DNA of 64,000 bases from a virus (IMGVR_UViG_3300020187_000009:84785-148784), one strand, 5' to 3'; shown: positions 39,563-50,273, numbered from the stretch's first letter. Made by a program: numbers and translations. The notes: generated by a model from the sequence alone, not told the origin.

Positions 39563-40534
39563 ATGAATAGAATAGAAGAACAATACCGAGCGTTACTTGG
39601 AACCCTATTAGAAAACTCAACAGAAAAATCAGATCGCACTGGAACTGGAACACTATCAGTATTCGGTCGCCAGATCAGACACAACATGAAGGATGGATTT
39701 CCTCTGCTAACTACCAAGAGGATGGCGGTTAAGACAATGTTAGTGGAGTTAAAATGGTTTCTAAGAGGTGATACTAACATTAAATATCTTGTTGATAATG
39801 GGTGTAACATCTGGAATGGCGATGCTTATAAGAAATACTGTAAAGCACACCCCTCTGAATATCAAGATGATATGTTTACCCAAGAGGAATTCGTAGAGCA
39901 TATTAAAGAAGATGAATCATTCGCTAAAAATTGGGGTGAGTTAGGTCCTATCTATGGTAAACAATGGAGAGAATGGGGTTCTAGAAGTTCTTATAATAAA
40001 ATCACAGGTGAAAATAATATAATGAATCCTGGACATGATCAAATCGCAAACCTAATCAATGAACTTAAAACAAATCCAGATTCACGTAGACTTATGGTCA
40101 ATGCTTGGAATGTTGGTGAGTTAGATCAAATGACACTTCCACCATGTCACTATGGATTCCAAGTTTATACACGATTAACTACTAGAGAAGAAAAGATTGT
40201 AAATCCTGGAAAATACAGAGCAATCTCTTTAATGTGGAACCAAAGAAGTTGCGATTTATTTCTCGGACTTCCGTTTAATATTGCAAGCTATGCAGCACTT
40301 CTTTGTTTAATAGCAGAAGAGGTTAATATGGTTCCAGATCAATTAATTGGAAACTTAGGTGATGTTCACTTATATAAGAATCATATTGAACAAGCAAGAG
40401 AACAATTAACTAGGGAAATGTATGATTTACCAACAGTTGAATTTAGTAACGTAGATTTATTAGGTGGTGAATTCGATATTGAAGTAAAGGATTATAAATA
40501 TCATCCAAGTATTAAAGCGCCTCTATCAAATTAA
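39563..40534 (+). CDS. thyA: Thymidylate synthase
   Basis: DRTGTGT, FPLLTTK, GPIYGKQWR, LPPCH, QRSCDLFLGLPFN. Confidence 0.95.
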   Translation: MNRIEEQYRALLGTLLENSTEKSDRTGTGTLSVFGRQIRHNMKDGFPLLTTKRMAVKTMLVELKWFLRGDTNIKYLVDNGCNIWNGDAYKKYCKAHPSEYQDDMFTQEEFVEHIKEDESFAKNWGELGPIYGKQWREWGSRSSYNKITGENNIMNPGHDQIANLINELKTNPDSRRLMVNAWNVGELDQMTLPPCHYGFQVYTRLTTREEKIVNPGKYRAISLMWNQRSCDLFLGLPFNIASYAALLCLIAEEVNMVPDQLIGNLGDVHLYKNHIEQAREQLTREMYDLPTVEFSNVDLLGGEFDIEVKDYKYHPSIKAPLSN

Positions 40535-40588
40535 AACAATGAAAGGGCAATATATAATTATAGACAGGAAATAAAGAAGAAGATTAAT

Positions 40589-41269
40589 ATGAAAGAGAAG
40601 AGAGATAAAGCAGAAGATGCATGGCAGATTATGAGAATTCAAGGAGAATTTACAAAAGGGTTCGATACATTTAGCGAATTAGGACCTTGTATTTCAGTAT
40701 TCGGTTCTGCAAGAACTAAACAAGGAAGCAAATGGTATAATGAAGCACGTGAATTTGGCAAGCTAATTGCATGTGAAGGTTTTGGAGTTATTACAGGGGG
40801 TGGTCCAGGCATTATGGCAGCCGCAAATCATGGAGCGCATGAAGTTAGTGGTAAATCTATCGGTATCGGTATAGAATTACCGTTCGAGGCAGGTATGAAT
40901 AAGTACGTAGATCTTGGTATTGAATGTAGATACTTTTTTACAAGAAAGGTTATGTTCTTAAAATACTCACAGGCATTCGTAGTATTTCCAGGAGGAGTTG
41001 GAACATTAGATGAAACATTTGAAGCGATAACATTAGCGCAATGTGGGCATAACATAAAATATCCAATAGTTCTTGTAGGTAAAGAATACTGGAGTGGTTT
41101 AATAGATTGGCTAAGAGGCACTGTTCTAAAAAATAATAAAATGAGTCCAGAAGATTTTGATTTATTTAGAATAGTAGACAGCGCAGAAGAAGCAAGAGAT
41201 AAATTAATGGAATACCATAACAAATATATGACGAACCCCGATTATTTAGGACCTAAAACAAACTTTTAA
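40589..41269 (+). CDS. LOG family nucleotide phosphoribohydrolase (TIGR00730-like)
   Basis: VFGSAR, TGGGPGIM, FFTRKVMF, PGGVGTLDE. Confidence 0.9.
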   Translation: MKEKRDKAEDAWQIMRIQGEFTKGFDTFSELGPCISVFGSARTKQGSKWYNEAREFGKLIACEGFGVITGGGPGIMAAANHGAHEVSGKSIGIGIELPFEAGMNKYVDLGIECRYFFTRKVMFLKYSQAFVVFPGGVGTLDETFEAITLAQCGHNIKYPIVLVGKEYWSGLIDWLRGTVLKNNKMSPEDFDLFRIVDSAEEARDKLMEYHNKYMTNPDYLGPKTNF

Positions 41270-41270
41270 G

Positions 41271-42356
41271 ATGAAAAACAATAAAATCTTTCTACACAAT
41301 TATTTAAACGCATATGCACCAGTAGCACAAGAGACTGAAGGTCAGCAAATCTGGACAGATTATATTAAACAGTATGTTGATTTTTTAAAGCAGGATGCAT
41401 ATGGAACTTCGTATGGTGTGCTTAAGCGTAAATTAAGGAAATATGAGACTCTTGATGTAAATACACATAAAGTAGTTATTGAAGCACACTGTGATGAGAT
41501 TGCATGGATTATTACACACATTGAAAGTGATGGTATGATCAGAGTAAAGCGACACGGAGGCAGTGATAATATGATCGCACCTTCTAAGACTGTAATGATC
41601 CATACACATGACGGTAGGAAATTACGTGGTCTTTTTGGATGGCCAGCAATTCATACTCGTGAAAAGTACACATCAATGGGCTATGAACAACATGAGCTTT
41701 GGGTAGATATGGGTCTTAAAGATAAAGAAGCAGTACTTAAAGCTGGAGTTGAGATTGGTAACCTTATAACATTCGACACTCAATTAGAAGAGATCGGAGA
41801 CTATTATGTTGGTCGATCATTAGATAATAAGATAGGCGGATATATTATAGCAGAGGCACTTAGAAAGATCTCAGAAGATAATGTTAACTTACCATATGAT
41901 TTATATGTTGTTAATAGCGTTCAAGAAGAGGTTGGTCTTCATGGTGCTAAAAAGATTGCTAAACACTTAAAGGCTGATTTGGCCCTGGTACATGATGTGT
42001 GTCACAATACAAATACACCTAAGATTGACAAGGCAAAGGATGGAGATAATAAAGGTGGAGATGGTCCATGCTTAGAATATACTGCACAAAATCATAGAGA
42101 CATTAATAAAATGTTAAGAGAGGTTGCAAAGGATAATAAGATTCCAGTTCAACTAACAGCTGGGTCGATGGGCAATGATACAATGGCATTCTTTATGGAG
42201 AATACACCAACTGCCATCATCGCTTCACCGCTTAAATACATGCACACAACCGTTGAGTCAGTACACCGTCGAGACGTAAAGTATGCTATTAAATTATTTG
42301 TTGAGTTTTTAAAGGCATTAACCCCAGAAAAAATCAATAAAATTAATAATAGATAA
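41271..42356 (+). CDS. M42 family metallopeptidase
   Basis: AHCDEI, SLDNKIG, QEEVGL, HDV, YMHTTVE. Confidence 0.9.
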   Translation: MKNNKIFLHNYLNAYAPVAQETEGQQIWTDYIKQYVDFLKQDAYGTSYGVLKRKLRKYETLDVNTHKVVIEAHCDEIAWIITHIESDGMIRVKRHGGSDNMIAPSKTVMIHTHDGRKLRGLFGWPAIHTREKYTSMGYEQHELWVDMGLKDKEAVLKAGVEIGNLITFDTQLEEIGDYYVGRSLDNKIGGYIIAEALRKISEDNVNLPYDLYVVNSVQEEVGLHGAKKIAKHLKADLALVHDVCHNTNTPKIDKAKDGDNKGGDGPCLEYTAQNHRDINKMLREVAKDNKIPVQLTAGSMGNDTMAFFMENTPTAIIASPLKYMHTTVESVHRRDVKYAIKLFVEFLKALTPEKINKINNR

Positions 42357-42380
42357 AACAAAATTACAGTAAGTAATCTA

Positions 42381-42406
42381 AGGGAGCCTGTATTGGCTCC
42401 TTTTTT
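42381..42406 (+). terminator. Intrinsic terminator
   Basis: GGAGCC/GGCTCC hairpin plus T run. Confidence 0.75.
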
Positions 42407-42510
42407 GTGCCTAAAGAAATGTGTAATGATGATTTCAGTATGTAAACTAAATCAAAAATGTATATATAATTAAAGAAATAAATACAATAAGAAATTAAAC
42501 AAAACAATAT

Positions 42511-44526
42511 ATGTCATTAGCAGACGGATACGAAAATGAAAAGGGCCGAAATAAAAAGACCAAGACTAATACGCCATTCTTAGATGAGTATGGTGAAGAT
42601 ATGACTAAATTAGCAGCAGACGGTAAATTAGACCCTATTATTGGTAGAGATAAAGAGATCTATAGAATTTGTCAGATTCTTGCTCGTAGGAAAAAGAATA
42701 ATCCTATTATATTAGGAGATCCTGGTGTAGGTAAAACTGCAATTGTTGAAGCGATTGCACAGCGAATTGTCAGTAAAAAAGTTGCAAGAGTGCTACTAAA
42801 CAAAAGAGTAATTTCTATCAGCATGACAAATATAGTCGCAGGTACAAAATATCGTGGCGAATTTGAAGAGAGAATGAAAAGCATTGTAGATGAACTCAAA
42901 TCTGCTAAAAACATTATCGTATTCATCGATGAGTTACATACAATAGTAGGAGCAGGCGGTGTAAGTGGTGCATTAGACGCTTCTAACATTTTAAAACCAG
43001 CATTAGCAAGAGGCCAAGTACAATGTATTGGAGCAACGACACTAGATGAATATAGAGAAAACATCGAAGACGATGGTGCACTAACTCGTAGATTTCAAGA
43101 AGTTTTCGTGGATCCTCCTTCGGTTGATGATACTATTGAGATTCTTAATAGAATTAAAGGACAGTATGAAGAACACCACTCAGTTGAATATACTGACGAT
43201 GCAATAATAGCATGCGTAAAAATGAGCGAGCGATATATTAAATCTAGAGAATTGCCAGATAAAGCAATTGATCTATTAGACGAATCTGGTGCAAGAACTC
43301 ATTTGCTAGAAGTTAAAATACCTGCAAAAATTAAAAACCTTGAAAGAGATGCTGAAATTGTAAGATTAAAAAAAGAATCAGCAGTATCCGGACAAGATTA
43401 TGAATTAGCAGCACAGCTGCGCGATGAGCAGCTTGTAATCGATGACAAGGTAATAGTTGAAACTGAAAAGTGGGAAGATTCTCTTAAAAAAACAAAGAGA
43501 AAGGTAGATGTTGAAGATATTGCAGAAACTATTTCTATGCAAACTGGAATTCCAGTACAGCGACTAGGCCTTGATGAAAAGAAACTCATCATATCTATGG
43601 CTAAGGAGATAAAAAAACAAATTATAGGACAAGACGCTGCGGTTGATGCTCTTTCTACTGTAATTAAGAGATCTCGAACAGGAGTAAGCAGTCATAAAAA
43701 GCCAGTAGGTTCATTTATGTTCTTGGGTCCTACTGGTGTAGGTAAAACTGAGACCGTTAAGGCACTTGCTGAATATATGTTTGGGGATACTGACGCTATG
43801 GTTAGAATAGATATGTCAGAATACCAAGAAAAGTTTAATGTTTCTCGTCTAATTGGTTCTCCTCCAGGATACGTAGGACATGAAGATGGTGGACAATTAA
43901 CAGAGGCAGTTCGTAGAAAGCCGCACTCTGTGATTCTATTCGATGAGGTTGAAAAGGCACATCCTGATGTATTTAACACATTGTTGCAAGTTTTAGATGA
44001 TGGTAGATTAACGGATTCTAGTGGAAGGATTGTTGATTTTACAAATACAATTATTGTAATGACTTCAAATATAGGTGCTCGTAAGGTAGCAGACTTTGGA
44101 ACAGGAGTAGGATTTCAAAGCGATAGTATATTGCTACAACAAAGCGCTAAGATTGAAGGTATAATTAAGAAAGAATTAAAGAATAAATTTAGTCCTGAAT
44201 TTTTAAACAGACTAGACGATATTATTCTATTTGATCACCTAACGATCGAAAATGTAATTAAGATAGTAGACATTGAGTTGTCAACATTTAACGAAAGAAT
44301 GATAGAAGAAGGATATAATTTTAAATTCATGAAAAGCGCCAAAGAGTTTATAGCAAATGAAGGATACGACAAGGCATACGGTGCTCGACCTGTAAAAAGA
44401 GCAATTCAAAAATATGTAGAGGACCTAATTGCAGACCTAATATTAACTGAAGAAATTACTCCAAGAGAAGATGCGTATACTCTTAGTAAACTTAAGTCAG
44501 ATAATAAACTAAACCTTAAATCCTAA
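42511..44526 (+). CDS. clpC: ClpC-like AAA+ unfoldase lacking the Clp N-domain
   Basis: GDPGVGKT and GPTGVGKT Walker A motifs, UVR-like DYELAAQLRD, VGF ClpP-docking loop. Confidence 0.85.
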   Translation: MSLADGYENEKGRNKKTKTNTPFLDEYGEDMTKLAADGKLDPIIGRDKEIYRICQILARRKKNNPIILGDPGVGKTAIVEAIAQRIVSKKVARVLLNKRVISISMTNIVAGTKYRGEFEERMKSIVDELKSAKNIIVFIDELHTIVGAGGVSGALDASNILKPALARGQVQCIGATTLDEYRENIEDDGALTRRFQEVFVDPPSVDDTIEILNRIKGQYEEHHSVEYTDDAIIACVKMSERYIKSRELPDKAIDLLDESGARTHLLEVKIPAKIKNLERDAEIVRLKKESAVSGQDYELAAQLRDEQLVIDDKVIVETEKWEDSLKKTKRKVDVEDIAETISMQTGIPVQRLGLDEKKLIISMAKEIKKQIIGQDAAVDALSTVIKRSRTGVSSHKKPVGSFMFLGPTGVGKTETVKALAEYMFGDTDAMVRIDMSEYQEKFNVSRLIGSPPGYVGHEDGGQLTEAVRRKPHSVILFDEVEKAHPDVFNTLLQVLDDGRLTDSSGRIVDFTNTIIVMTSNIGARKVADFGTGVGFQSDSILLQQSAKIEGIIKKELKNKFSPEFLNRLDDIILFDHLTIENVIKIVDIELSTFNERMIEEGYNFKFMKSAKEFIANEGYDKAYGARPVKRAIQKYVEDLIADLILTEEITPREDAYTLSKLKSDNKLNLKS

Positions 44527-44548
44527 TATAATATTAAAATAATATAAT

Positions 44549-45388
44549 ATGAGTTTTTCACAAACATTTATAGATTTAGTCAATGAGATCGAAGACAACG
44601 GTACTGAATCTTCTCCAAGAGATATGAAAGTAAAAGAAGCAATGATGGCTTCTTTTGATATAGATCCAACGCATCCAATTGCAGATTTTAAAGACCGTCC
44701 ATTTAACTTTAAATATTTTACAGGAGAGCTTGCATGGTATCTCCACAGAGATAATGATGTTGATTACATTTCTAACTTTTCTAAATTTTGGAAAAACTTA
44801 ACAAATGAAGGAACTAATGAAATTAATTCTAATTATGGAAGTTTAGTACTTAACGATAAGCAAGTTGGATGGGTTGTTGATTCTTTAGTAAATGATAAGA
44901 ATTCAAGACAGGCAATTATGTTTTTTAATCAGCCTAAATTTCAAGTAGAAGGAAATAAAGATTTTGTATGTACTCTATACGCAAACTTTTTTATTAGAAA
45001 TAATACGCTATATATGAAGGTTCAGATGAGATCAAATGATATATTCTTTGGACTTACATTTGATGCACCATTCTTTTCATTCCTTCATCAATCTATTTTT
45101 TTAATACTAAAAGATAAATATAAAGACCTTGAACTTGGTCACTATTTCCATAATTCAGATAACCTACATTTTTATGAAAGACATTTTAATCTAGCATCAG
45201 AAATTAAAGAAAATGGAATCGGAAGCGAATACTCATTAATACTAAAAAACAAATTACTAGATTATAATAGTGATAATGGAGTATATCTAACTGACCAGGG
45301 ATTAGAATTTTTGCAAAGAGTTGATAATTCAATTAAGATGAAGGACGCAAATTACAAGAATATATTAAACGATTATTTCGAAATATAA
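44549..45388 (+). CDS. Thymidylate synthase paralogue, dCMP hydroxymethylase (T4 gp42)-like
   Basis: INSNYG, SRQA, DFVCT, MRSNDIFFGLTFD (Asp at the base-specificity position), LHFYERHF. Confidence 0.8.
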   Translation: MSFSQTFIDLVNEIEDNGTESSPRDMKVKEAMMASFDIDPTHPIADFKDRPFNFKYFTGELAWYLHRDNDVDYISNFSKFWKNLTNEGTNEINSNYGSLVLNDKQVGWVVDSLVNDKNSRQAIMFFNQPKFQVEGNKDFVCTLYANFFIRNNTLYMKVQMRSNDIFFGLTFDAPFFSFLHQSIFLILKDKYKDLELGHYFHNSDNLHFYERHFNLASEIKENGIGSEYSLILKNKLLDYNSDNGVYLTDQGLEFLQRVDNSIKMKDANYKNILNDYFEI

Positions 45389-45389
45389 G

Positions 45390-45710
45390 ATGGAAGAATA
45401 TACTGAAGATAATATACCAATAATTAGAATAGATCCACTAAAAATTTCAAAGGCAGATCTAGATCTAAATTTAATGGCAAAATATGATGTTTTCTACCGA
45501 AGAATAGTCGAATACACTCTAGCATACATTGAAGATATGCCAGTAACCGAAATACTAGTTATATTAATAGACGATGAAGGAATAGAATATGAAATGTGCC
45601 TTCCTCCTCAAGGATTTTCTAAGTCTCTTAATAAGTCAATGGAATACTTTAAACAAATAGAAGAATACGAAACCTGCGATTTAATAAAGCAAATTTTAAA
45701 AAACATATGA
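45390..45710 (+). CDS. Hypothetical protein with UVR-like C-terminus
   Basis: YF..IEEYETC motif. Confidence 0.6.
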   Translation: MEEYTEDNIPIIRIDPLKISKADLDLNLMAKYDVFYRRIVEYTLAYIEDMPVTEILVILIDDEGIEYEMCLPPQGFSKSLNKSMEYFKQIEEYETCDLIKQILKNI

Positions 45711-46384
45711 ATTATTTCCCAAAAGATAAAGAATTTAACAGGTTTGCACAGAGTGAACTTAACATTGGATCCTCAAAAATAGACATGTATTCGAAGCATA
45801 TACAAGGATCGATGACACCTTATATCCTAGAAGAGAGAGAATTAAGAGCTACTCAAATGGATATTTTTAGTAGATTAATGATGGACAGATTACTGTGGGT
45901 TGCTGGTCCAGTAAATGATCAAATGTCAACTGTAGTACAAGCACAGCTGATGTTTTTAGATACCACATCATCTGATGATATTACAATGCATATTGATTCT
46001 CCAGGAGGCTCAGTTAAGTCAGGACTATCTATGGTAGATGTAATGGACTACATTAAAGCTGATATTAGAACCATTAATACTGGAATGGCCGCCTCAATGG
46101 GTTCAGTATTATTAGGCGCTGGAACTAAAGGTAAGAGGATGTCACTAAAACACTCAACAACAATGCTACATCAATCTTCTGGAGGATTCAGTGGTAATAT
46201 ACAAGACGCTGAAATTGATTGGAAAAATTGGAAAGAAGTAAACCGCGAACTTTTTGTACTTCTAGGAGAATATTGCGGAAAACCAGCAGACGTAGTTATG
46301 AATGACGCTACTAGAGATTTCTGGCTTAGCGCTGAACAGGCAGTCGAGTACGGTATTATTGATGAAATAATTAAAAAAAGATAA
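45707..46384 (+). CDS. clpP: ATP-dependent Clp protease proteolytic subunit
   Basis: DIFSRL, SPGGSV, AASMG (Ser), MLHQ (His), RDFWLSA (Asp). Confidence 0.95.
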   Translation: MNYFPKDKEFNRFAQSELNIGSSKIDMYSKHIQGSMTPYILEERELRATQMDIFSRLMMDRLLWVAGPVNDQMSTVVQAQLMFLDTTSSDDITMHIDSPGGSVKSGLSMVDVMDYIKADIRTINTGMAASMGSVLLGAGTKGKRMSLKHSTTMLHQSSGGFSGNIQDAEIDWKNWKEVNRELFVLLGEYCGKPADVVMNDATRDFWLSAEQAVEYGIIDEIIKKR

Positions 46385-46390
46385 TAAGCA

Positions 46391-46699
46391 ATGAGTAGAA
46401 GAGATTTAGAAAGCGAAGTGTTTTTAACACTCGTAAACAAGCAGTTAGAGCCATTCAATGTAAAATTTGAAGAAGTTAAAAATAATCCAGACTGGTACAT
46501 GGAGTATCAAACAACTACAGAAAAAGAATCTGAATTTATTAAATGGGGAGCTGACATCATTAAAACTAAACTGAAGCTGACTAAGTCTGCTGCAAATCAA
46601 GAGATGAACTGGTTTATTCTTCAATGGGGACTGACCACTGCATCGCCAAGCAGCGTATCTCAAAAAATAAATAAGCCAAAAAAAATAAATAAGGCTTAG
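46391..46699 (+). CDS. Hypothetical protein
   Basis: 102-aa coupled ORF. Confidence 0.6.
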   Translation: MSRRDLESEVFLTLVNKQLEPFNVKFEEVKNNPDWYMEYQTTTEKESEFIKWGADIIKTKLKLTKSAANQEMNWFILQWGLTTASPSSVSQKINKPKKINKA

Positions 46700-46735
46700 G
46701 ATAACATTCTTAGAATCATATGGATAGATAACCAT

Positions 46736-47446
46736 ATGAGCAACTCTAATAATATTCCAGATTGGGCAACAGAAGGCCCAGAGGACTTCGAATACAGAAG
46801 ATATCGAATGCTCTCACATGTTTCTGAAACTAGAAAAAAATTAAAATTAGGTAAGTTGTGGGAATCTCTACAAGAAACCGATGCAGCCCTAGATTTTTTA
46901 TACCAATATGATGCCGAAAGGTATCTCATCGAAGAAAATACCAAATCTACGCAATTAACGAACGTTAATTGGAACAACATAGAATCCCTTTACAATACAG
47001 GATCTCAGATAATTTCACATGAAATTATAGACGATCTAATAGATGATGCTATTGACGCATACGAGACACTTCACTCTGATATTAGAGAAAACTGGAGAAC
47101 TATAGACCAACAAATGTCTATTGGACATGCTGGCACTAAACCATATCTTATAACTAGCGGCTTTGTATTAATATACACTCCAGATAAAAAGTTACATACA
47201 TATTCTTTTAATAATCCTAAAATAAATAATAATATTGACTGGAAGGGGTTTACGCTGTATAAAATATCTACTCAAAAATACGATAAAAAATCAACAATCG
47301 AGTATATCAGTGAGATTAAAGATAAAGATTCAGAAAAAATAATATATAATGTACATATAAAAAACGTAGTAATGCTGGATGAGGGTCCAATTAATGTAAT
47401 TGCTTCAAATATTTTTATGCAGCTCCGGAAAGATTACGGAATTTAA
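46736..47446 (+). CDS. Hypothetical protein
   Basis: 236-aa ORF. Confidence 0.65.
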   Translation: MSNSNNIPDWATEGPEDFEYRRYRMLSHVSETRKKLKLGKLWESLQETDAALDFLYQYDAERYLIEENTKSTQLTNVNWNNIESLYNTGSQIISHEIIDDLIDDAIDAYETLHSDIRENWRTIDQQMSIGHAGTKPYLITSGFVLIYTPDKKLHTYSFNNPKINNNIDWKGFTLYKISTQKYDKKSTIEYISEIKDKDSEKIIYNVHIKNVVMLDEGPINVIASNIFMQLRKDYGI

Positions 47447-47493
47447 CTCGATATATAATAAGAACAAAACAATACTAAAAATAAAATTAAACG

Positions 47494-49239
47494 ATGCCAC
47501 AAGTTTCTAGAAACAACCTAATTGGATATATCCCACAGGTTTATCAACTTACAAAAGGACAATCACACAGTATTACGGTAATCCTTTATCAAAATGCAGT
47601 AGGAAACCAGATCGAAGCGTACACTGCTGATTTAATTGAAGTTAAAATCTTCGATAAAGACCTAGTATACAAGCAATCATATACTACAGATGCTAGCCAA
47701 ATTATTTTTGGCTCAACACAAGCTGGAACTGAAGGGCATATTACATTTGCGATTCCACAGTCACTTGGTGATCTACTAGCAGACGGTTCAGTATACGCTG
47801 AAATTAAATATGTAACTGTTAACAATAGCATAATATTACCTAAACTTAGAATGGCTTCTATTAGCGCTTCTGGAGGATCTTCTTCGAGCGGAGCAGTAGT
47901 TGGTAACACATTTACCATTCCAGCACCGATATACAACGTACAGTCATTTTTACACTCATCAAACGATTTACCAACAGCTGGTAAAATAGTATTAGATAGC
48001 TCTAACCCAGCATCAGTTACTAAAATTGTTTTTAATAATACTGACACAAGAGGCAAAAGAAATTCTTATCTAGAAAACTTTTTAGTTAAACGATTTACAG
48101 CTGAGTCTGCTGCAGTATCAATTGCAATTACCGATACTTCTGATACTAGCATTTACAATATTTATAAAATTACAGGTTGGATTAGAAAAGATTTAGATCT
48201 AGATGGTAATACAACTGGAATAACAGATGGTATTGAAATAACAGTAACTCACGAATCAAGCGCTGTTTCTGCAACAGAATCATTTCCATTTACAGTTGGA
48301 CAAAGAGTTGGTCTTCTTTTAGACGCAGTTGGAGTTAACGTTAACAACCCATCTGGCGGAAGTATTTCTGTCATAGACACAGACACTACAGTATCTACAG
48401 TATCTACAATCGATTTTGGTGATAGTGCATCAGTAGTTGACGGTGGAAACGGAATAGCAATCGTTACAGTATCTGGCGGAGGTTCAATATCTGCAACAGA
48501 TGGAACAACATCAATTGACCCAATAACTGGGCTAAGCTTTTCTACTGGATTTACAATTACCAATTTAGGTAGTGATTTAGCACAAATCGAACATGTTGCT
48601 AACTTTAACACAAATCAAGTTGGTAGATTAAAAGAATTAGTATATGAAAATGGAGTTGCAAGTTTATCTGTATCTCCTACTTCTTTCGAGAAAAACCTAA
48701 CTTCTGGAGTAACTCTAACATTTAACTATTCAACAACAGCGAACGATGATACAGTACAGAGTGCAACTTATGATGGCAGCAACGTAACATCAAATCCTAC
48801 TGGAAGTTCACAATATGTAAATCAAAAAACGACATTATCAAAAAACTTTGGAGTAACGTTTTTAAATGCAGATGGAATAACAACTAGAATTGACAACAAC
48901 GGTGCAGGATCAATTGCTATAAACCCACAATGGTATGGCGCAAGTTCTACTGCAGATTTTAATTCTTCATCTTATTCTAATCTAAACTCAAATTTTACAA
49001 AGTTTGTTTCTAGTAGCCCTGCAAAAACTGCAGCTTTTACAGCAACGAATGAATATGTATACTTCTTAAGTACTAAGAGCAACGCTACTATCTACGATGG
49101 TAACAATTTTAATAATACTTCTGATTTTACTAAAACGACAGTATCTGTAACGTATGAAGATGGTACTGCGCTTACGCTTTATCAGTACAGAACGAATTTG
49201 CCCAAAACATTATCAGCGTTTACATACAGAATCGCTTAA
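47494..49239 (+). CDS. Putative virion structural/fibre protein
   Basis: S/T/G-rich beta composition; GATATATA at 47450; C-terminus shared with the next gene. Confidence 0.65.
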   Translation: MPQVSRNNLIGYIPQVYQLTKGQSHSITVILYQNAVGNQIEAYTADLIEVKIFDKDLVYKQSYTTDASQIIFGSTQAGTEGHITFAIPQSLGDLLADGSVYAEIKYVTVNNSIILPKLRMASISASGGSSSSGAVVGNTFTIPAPIYNVQSFLHSSNDLPTAGKIVLDSSNPASVTKIVFNNTDTRGKRNSYLENFLVKRFTAESAAVSIAITDTSDTSIYNIYKITGWIRKDLDLDGNTTGITDGIEITVTHESSAVSATESFPFTVGQRVGLLLDAVGVNVNNPSGGSISVIDTDTTVSTVSTIDFGDSASVVDGGNGIAIVTVSGGGSISATDGTTSIDPITGLSFSTGFTITNLGSDLAQIEHVANFNTNQVGRLKELVYENGVASLSVSPTSFEKNLTSGVTLTFNYSTTANDDTVQSATYDGSNVTSNPTGSSQYVNQKTTLSKNFGVTFLNADGITTRIDNNGAGSIAINPQWYGASSTADFNSSSYSNLNSNFTKFVSSSPAKTAAFTATNEYVYFLSTKSNATIYDGNNFNNTSDFTKTTVSVTYEDGTALTLYQYRTNLPKTLSAFTYRIA

Positions 49240-49265
49240 ATTAAATATAAATTAAATATAAAATA

Positions 49266-50246
49266 ATGGCTAAATCATATAATGGTGGTATTGGAATCGC
49301 AACAGGTTTCAACTTACAAGATCCACAACCAATAGACGATAGATTAGTAGTTGGACTACTTGCAGATTTAATAAGTAATGCTGCGTTACCAAATCCGTAT
49401 CCGGGTATTGTTGTTTCAGTACAAGCTGAAGGTTACGATCTTTATAGATGGAACGGTACCGATAGAACACAATCATCAAACTGGATTCTAGTAGGATCAG
49501 GAGCAGGAGGTAGTTTACCAAATGGAGGTACTGAAGATCAGTTATTAGTAAAAAATACAGCGACTAATGGAGATGCCGATTGGGAAACTGTACCTGCTAT
49601 AGGTTTTAGCAGTAATCATGTTTCTAGACTAATTGCATTAGTATACGAAAATGGAGTTGCAAGTTTATCTGTATCTCCTACTTCTTTCGAGAAAAACCTA
49701 ACAGCTGGAACGAATCTAACATTTACGTATTCTACAACAGCGAACGATGATACAGTACAGGCAGTAACGTGGAACGGAACCAATGTTCCAACTGTATTAT
49801 CTCCAAATGGTTCTGAAACATTTACAGCACAGTCTGATAGTTTAGGTAAAAACTATAATGTTACATTCTTAAATGCAGATGGAATAACAACTAGAACTGA
49901 TAGTAATCCAAGAACATCGGTAGCGTATAACCCACAATGGTATGGCGCAAGTTCTACTGCAGATTTCGATTCTTCATCTTATTCTAATCTAAACTCAAAT
50001 TTTACAAAGTTTGTTTCTGGTAGCCCTGCAAAAACTGCAGCTTTTACCGCAACTAATGAATATGTATACTTCTTAAGTACTAAGAGCAACGCTACTATCT
50101 ACGATGGTAACAATTTTAATAATACTTCTGATTTTACTAAAACTACGGTAACCGTAGCATATGAAAATGGAGATCCGTTAACGCTTTATCAGTACAGAAC
50201 GAATACAGTTAAAACATTATCAGCGTTTACATACAGAATCGCTTAA
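49266..50246 (+). CDS. Putative virion fibre protein (chimeric paralogue)
   Basis: N-terminus nearly identical to 50274, C-terminus nearly identical to 47494. Confidence 0.7.
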   Translation: MAKSYNGGIGIATGFNLQDPQPIDDRLVVGLLADLISNAALPNPYPGIVVSVQAEGYDLYRWNGTDRTQSSNWILVGSGAGGSLPNGGTEDQLLVKNTATNGDADWETVPAIGFSSNHVSRLIALVYENGVASLSVSPTSFEKNLTAGTNLTFTYSTTANDDTVQAVTWNGTNVPTVLSPNGSETFTAQSDSLGKNYNVTFLNADGITTRTDSNPRTSVAYNPQWYGASSTADFDSSSYSNLNSNFTKFVSGSPAKTAAFTATNEYVYFLSTKSNATIYDGNNFNNTSDFTKTTVTVAYENGDPLTLYQYRTNTVKTLSAFTYRIA

Positions 50247-50273
50247 TATATAAAGAAAATATAAATAAAAATT

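Noticed and set aside
44549-45388. dUMP hydroxymethylase (hmU DNA)
   Set aside because: Asp at the specificity position, an intact ThyA and a gp56-like dCTPase favour a dCMP substrate.
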